Below are positions 7,632 to 10,684 of a stretch of DNA of 10,684 nt, in pieces; positions within the stretch are counted from its first letter, which is position 1, and each line of letters starts with the position of its first letter. This DNA comes from Trueperaceae bacterium. Its GTDB lineage: Bacteria; Deinococcota; Deinococci; Deinococcales; Trueperaceae. The stretch lies in assembly GCA_035703635.1 (NCBI GenBank), contig DASSXV010000033.1:1-10684 (forward strand), given 5' to 3'. The notes under the pieces were generated by a model. It was not told the DNA's origin. It made no database searches and saw nothing but the letters and a program-made list of their open reading frames with translations. Position numbers and translations under genes: made by a program.

Positions 7632-8207
7632 CTAGCGCGCCCGTACGCTCGCGGCCGCCTCGTTCGCTGCCGTCTCGATGGCGCGCGGGAAGCGCTCCAA
7701 GACCCTGCGTAGCACCTTAGCCGCGGTCAGCTCGATCATCTTCAAGAGGGCGCGGCTGCCCCAGTGCTCCGAGCTTGGCGTCACCAGGATGACGGCTACT
7801 TTGAACGTGTAGTCGAGGCGGCTTTCCGCTTTGCCAGCGCTAACGACCGTCGCCTCCCCACCGACCTCCGCCCAGCCGCTGCCGCTCCGCACCTTGGGGC
7901 GCGGCGCGAGCTGAGCGCCAACTGACGTTTCCAGCAGCGCGCTCTCGAACGGCAGGCTACGCATGCCGAACATGGCGACGTCAACTGGCAGCTCGGCGCT
8001 GACCGTTGGCGGTGCACCTGGCGTCACTTGCAACGCCGTCAGGAAGTCGGCGTGCTCGAGCGAGCGCGCGACATCGCGCACGAACGCCCGGGCATCCGCC
8101 TCACCCAAGGCGACTAAGACGCTGAACGCGATGTCGTGTTCGAGGCGCAACTGCCCCGGCGCGACCTCGCGAGCCGCTTGAACCACCGGGGTGGAACTTG
8201 GTGTCAA
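7632..8207 (-). CDS. DUF3809-like protein (probable SRPBCC/START-like fold, Deinococcota)
   Basis: Motifs LPFESAL, WAEVGGEA and EHWGSRALLKM, plus its position directly downstream of DUF3248. Start is uncertain; TTG at 8207 overlaps the upstream TGA (TTGA). Confidence 0.65.
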   Translation of the reverse strand: MTPSSTPVVQAAREVAPGQLRLEHDIAFSVLVALGEADARAFVRDVARSLEHADFLTALQVTPGAPPTVSAELPVDVAMFGMRSLPFESALLETSVGAQLAPRPKVRSGSGWAEVGGEATVVSAGKAESRLDYTFKVAVILVTPSSEHWGSRALLKMIELTAAKVLRRVLERFPRAIETAANEAAASVRAR

Positions 8208-8485
8208 CGCTCCCCTTTCGGGCGCGGACCAACCCACTCGACGCGCACGCTGCCCTCGTGCACGGCAGCTTCGATCTCGGCATCGCCCGCTCCACGCAGG
8301 CGCGGGAGGTCCTGGAACAGCTCAGCGCTAGACGCCAACCCGACCCGCACGGTCACTGGGCCGTCGTCAGCCAAGCGACCTATGCGCCACAGGAGGTTAG
8401 AAGCCAACTCCTCCAAGGTCGCTCGCTCTACGCCCAAGTCGTCTAGTACCTCATCAAGGTGTGCCTGGACTGACGAATCGCTCAT
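8204..8485 (-). CDS. DUF3248 family protein (Deinococcota)
   Basis: 93 aa. LLWRIGR...VRVGLASSA..F..LPRLR...DAEIE......VRVEWV signature. GGGAG SD; TAGCCT at 8502-8507. Confidence 0.82.
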   Translation of the reverse strand: MSDSSVQAHLDEVLDDLGVERATLEELASNLLWRIGRLADDGPVTVRVGLASSAELFQDLPRLRGAGDAEIEAAVHEGSVRVEWVGPRPKGER

Positions 8486-8558
8486 ACCACTCCCGCTCCT
8501 CAGGCTACCGCACGGCAGGCGAGACAGGTGACCCGCGGCGGGCGCGCCAGGGACGACA

Positions 8559-8567
8559 TGCTACTAT
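8559..8567 (+). promoter_or_regulatory. Extended -10 TGcTACTAT, leaderless start of the DUF368 gene
   Basis: TACTAT (8562-8567)-N6-GTG(8574), no SD. Confidence 0.65.
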
Positions 8568-8573
8568 CCCTGC

Positions 8574-9575
8574 GTGCACGACACTAGTTCGGCGTCACAA
8601 GACCCCGCGAACGACCCCCATGGACCTACCGAAGAGACCCGCGGCCTAGCCGAGGTCGGCGCCACCTACGTCAAGGGTGTGGTGATGGGCATGGCGGACA
8701 TGATCCCAGGAGTGAGCGGCGGAACCGTGGCCATCATCCTCGGAGTCTACGGCGGGCTACTCGAGTCACTCAGCTCCCTGTCGCGGCCGGAGTTCCTCGG
8801 GGCCCTTGTGCGTGGGCGCCTCGTTGCCGCCTTCCGAGCCATCAACGGCGCGCTGCTCTTCCCCCTCCTGGCCGGCATCGCTACCTCACTCATCCTCTTC
8901 TCGCGCCTCATCAGCTACTTGCTTGCCACCTACCCAAGCCACGTGCTCGCGTTCTTCTTCGGCCTCGTTGCGGCCTCGGCCATCGTCGTCAGCAGACACG
9001 TCAAGCGTTGGGGTATCGCCGCGTGGTTGGCCTTGGCAAGCGGAGCGTTCCTTGGTGTCCTAGTGGTAACGAGGACACCAGTGGAGACGCCTGACGGCGC
9101 TGCCTTCCTGTTCTTCGCGGGCTTCGTGGCCATCTGCGCCATGGTGCTCCCCGGCATCTCCGGGGCGTTCGTGCTCGTGCTGCTAGGCAAGTACGACTTC
9201 GCGTTGGCGGGGCTCGCGCGCTTCGACTTCGGGGTGATCGTGCCCATCGGGCTCGGCGCGGTCGTAGGCCTCCTCTCCTTCGCACGCCTCCTCGCATACC
9301 TCCTGAGGCGCTGGCATGACCCGATGCTGGCGCTCCTCGCGGGCTTCATGGTCGGCAGCCTCTACAAAGTCTGGCCGTACCTCACGGAAGCTGGCGCTGC
9401 GACCTGGCCATGGGCTACTGGGAGCGCCGGCGTGGCGCTGGTGCTTACTGGGCTGCTGGCCGTCGGCGCCTTGCTCGTTCTGAGCCTCGACCGCCTCAGC
9501 GCAAGCAGGAGCGGATTGTTAGTTACCTCACGAAGCTCATTCTCATCTACGGCGAAGTTCACGGGCCGGCGCTAG
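8574..9575 (+). CDS. DUF368 family membrane protein (PopT-type undecaprenyl-phosphate translocase)
   Basis: 333 aa, polytopic. Twin motifs MGMADMIPGVSGGTVAIILGVY and AICAMVLPGISGAFVLVLLGKY; also FFFGLVAAS and GFMVGSLYKVWP. Confidence 0.92.
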   Translation: MHDTSSASQDPANDPHGPTEETRGLAEVGATYVKGVVMGMADMIPGVSGGTVAIILGVYGGLLESLSSLSRPEFLGALVRGRLVAAFRAINGALLFPLLAGIATSLILFSRLISYLLATYPSHVLAFFFGLVAASAIVVSRHVKRWGIAAWLALASGAFLGVLVVTRTPVETPDGAAFLFFAGFVAICAMVLPGISGAFVLVLLGKYDFALAGLARFDFGVIVPIGLGAVVGLLSFARLLAYLLRRWHDPMLALLAGFMVGSLYKVWPYLTEAGAATWPWATGSAGVALVLTGLLAVGALLVLSLDRLSASRSGLLVTSRSSFSSTAKFTGRR

Positions 9576-9650
9576 CCTGGCTAGATGGCGTGAGCGCCGT
9601 CGGCGCTTCGCGCTGCTCCCAGTTAACCGGGAGCTCCTAGGAGGAGTACC

Positions 9651-10684
9651 GTGCCCAACCGTAGATACATCACCTTCCTCGGCACCGCGCTTCTGCTGCT
9701 GGTAGGCATAGCCCTGTGGCTTCCTGGCGCGCCAGCCGTGGCGCAGTCAACGACCGCGTCACCCGCTTCTGCCCTCCTGCCGGACGAGCAGAACACCGTT
9801 GACATAGTCGCGAAGTGGGGTCCGAGCGTCGTTGCCGTCAACGTAGAGGTGCGCGGTTCGCGCGTGAACCAGTTCCAAGACATCCTCCCGTACCTGCCGC
9901 CGCAGTTCAGGCAGCTCCTGCCGCAGTCGCAGCCGCAGCAGCAAGTCGAGCAGAGCACGGGTTCCGGGTTCGTGATCGGTCAGAACGAGATCATCACGAA
10001 CTATCACGTCGTCAAAGACGCGCTAGCTCCCAACGACGTTGCCGCGGCAGACGGGGCGACCATCAAGGTCGTGTTCGCGAACGTCGACGAGGAGTACGAC
10101 GCCGTAGTGGTCGGCGCCGACCCGGATTACGACCTCGCCCTCCTGCACCTCACCGACGGCAGCAAGATGCCGCCGGAAGCGCTCCCACTCGAGTTGGCAG
10201 ACAGCTCCAAGGTGCAAGTCGGTCAGAAGGTCATAGCCATCGGCAACCCGTTCGGGCTGCAGTCGAGCGTGTCGCAGGGCATCGTCTCAGCCATCGGTCG
10301 TGAACTGCCGTCCATCGGGCAGATCGAGATCCCGATGGTGCAAACGGACGCCGCCATCAACCCTGGCAACTCCGGCGGGCCGCTCCTCGACTCCGCTGGC
10401 CGCCTCCTAGGCATCAACACCATGATCGTCCCTGGCATGACCAGCTCAGGGAGCGCTGGCAACATCGGCATCGGCTTCGCCGTGCCGAGCGAACTCCTCA
10501 CCGAAGCGCTGCCGCTCATGCGTGAAGGTGGCCTCGTCGGGGTCTACGCCCAGAACATCGCGGTGGCCAACGGACCCCGCCTCGGCGTTTCGATCGTCGA
10601 CGTAGCCGCCTACCCGGCAGACGTCCGCAAGGCCCTGAACATGCCAGACGCCGGGCTCGTGGTCGTCGAAGTCGAACCGAGTGG
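9651..10684 (+). CDS. htrA: HtrA/DegP-family (S1C) serine protease with PDZ domain, 3' end truncated by the window
   Basis: Not in the ORF track. SD AGGAGG then GTG at 9651. Signal peptide ending AVA|Q. Motifs GSGFVI, TNYHVV (His), DYDLAL (Asp), AIGNPFGL and QTDAAINPGNSGGPL (Ser). PDZ domain begins at PRLGVSI. Confidence 0.95.
   Translation, partial: MPNRRYITFLGTALLLLVGIALWLPGAPAVAQSTTASPASALLPDEQNTVDIVAKWGPSVVAVNVEVRGSRVNQFQDILPYLPPQFRQLLPQSQPQQQVEQSTGSGFVIGQNEIITNYHVVKDALAPNDVAAADGATIKVVFANVDEEYDAVVVGADPDYDLALLHLTDGSKMPPEALPLELADSSKVQVGQKVIAIGNPFGLQSSVSQGIVSAIGRELPSIGQIEIPMVQTDAAINPGNSGGPLLDSAGRLLGINTMIVPGMTSSGSAGNIGIGFAVPSELLTEALPLMREGGLVGVYAQNIAVANGPRLGVSIVDVAAYPADVRKALNMPDAGLVVVEVEPS

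Noticed and set aside
9623..10519. Several ORFs in the track (9623-9958, 9815-10303, 10223-10519 and others), including a Cys-rich one
   Set aside because: All overlap the HtrA frame. The Cys run is the reverse complement of the Gln-rich loop codons.
1..10684. CRISPR array, IS, tRNA/rRNA or defence system
   Set aside because: I saw no spaced repeats, transposase, integrase or nuclease motifs, or RNA-gene signatures. All intergenic gaps are about 110 nt or shorter.

Overview
GC-rich bacterial chromosomal window. Its gene content points to phylum Deinococcota (DUF1999, DUF3248 and DUF3809-like genes, plus TANNNT-driven leaderless starts); Trueperaceae is only a guess. The left part is a minus-strand run: PAP2 phosphatase, truA, DUF1999 (GNAT-like), a Cys-less HMA-fold protein, Asp23/YloU, DAK2/FakA fatty acid kinase, a PPC-like lipoprotein, and a partial secreted protein. 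mnmE is divergent from the PAP2 gene and converges on a coupled DUF3248-DUF3809 pair. On the plus strand, a DUF368 (PopT-type undecaprenyl-phosphate translocase) gene is followed by a partial HtrA/DegP protease. I see no mobile element, RNA gene or CRISPR array. This is mostly core genome. The best leads are a lipid/envelope-themed gene neighbourhood containing uncharacterised lineage-specific modules, and several compact cis-elements, notably a perfect hairpin that looks like a terminator while also holding the next gene's -10 box and start codon. All family calls come from motif recognition, not database searches.
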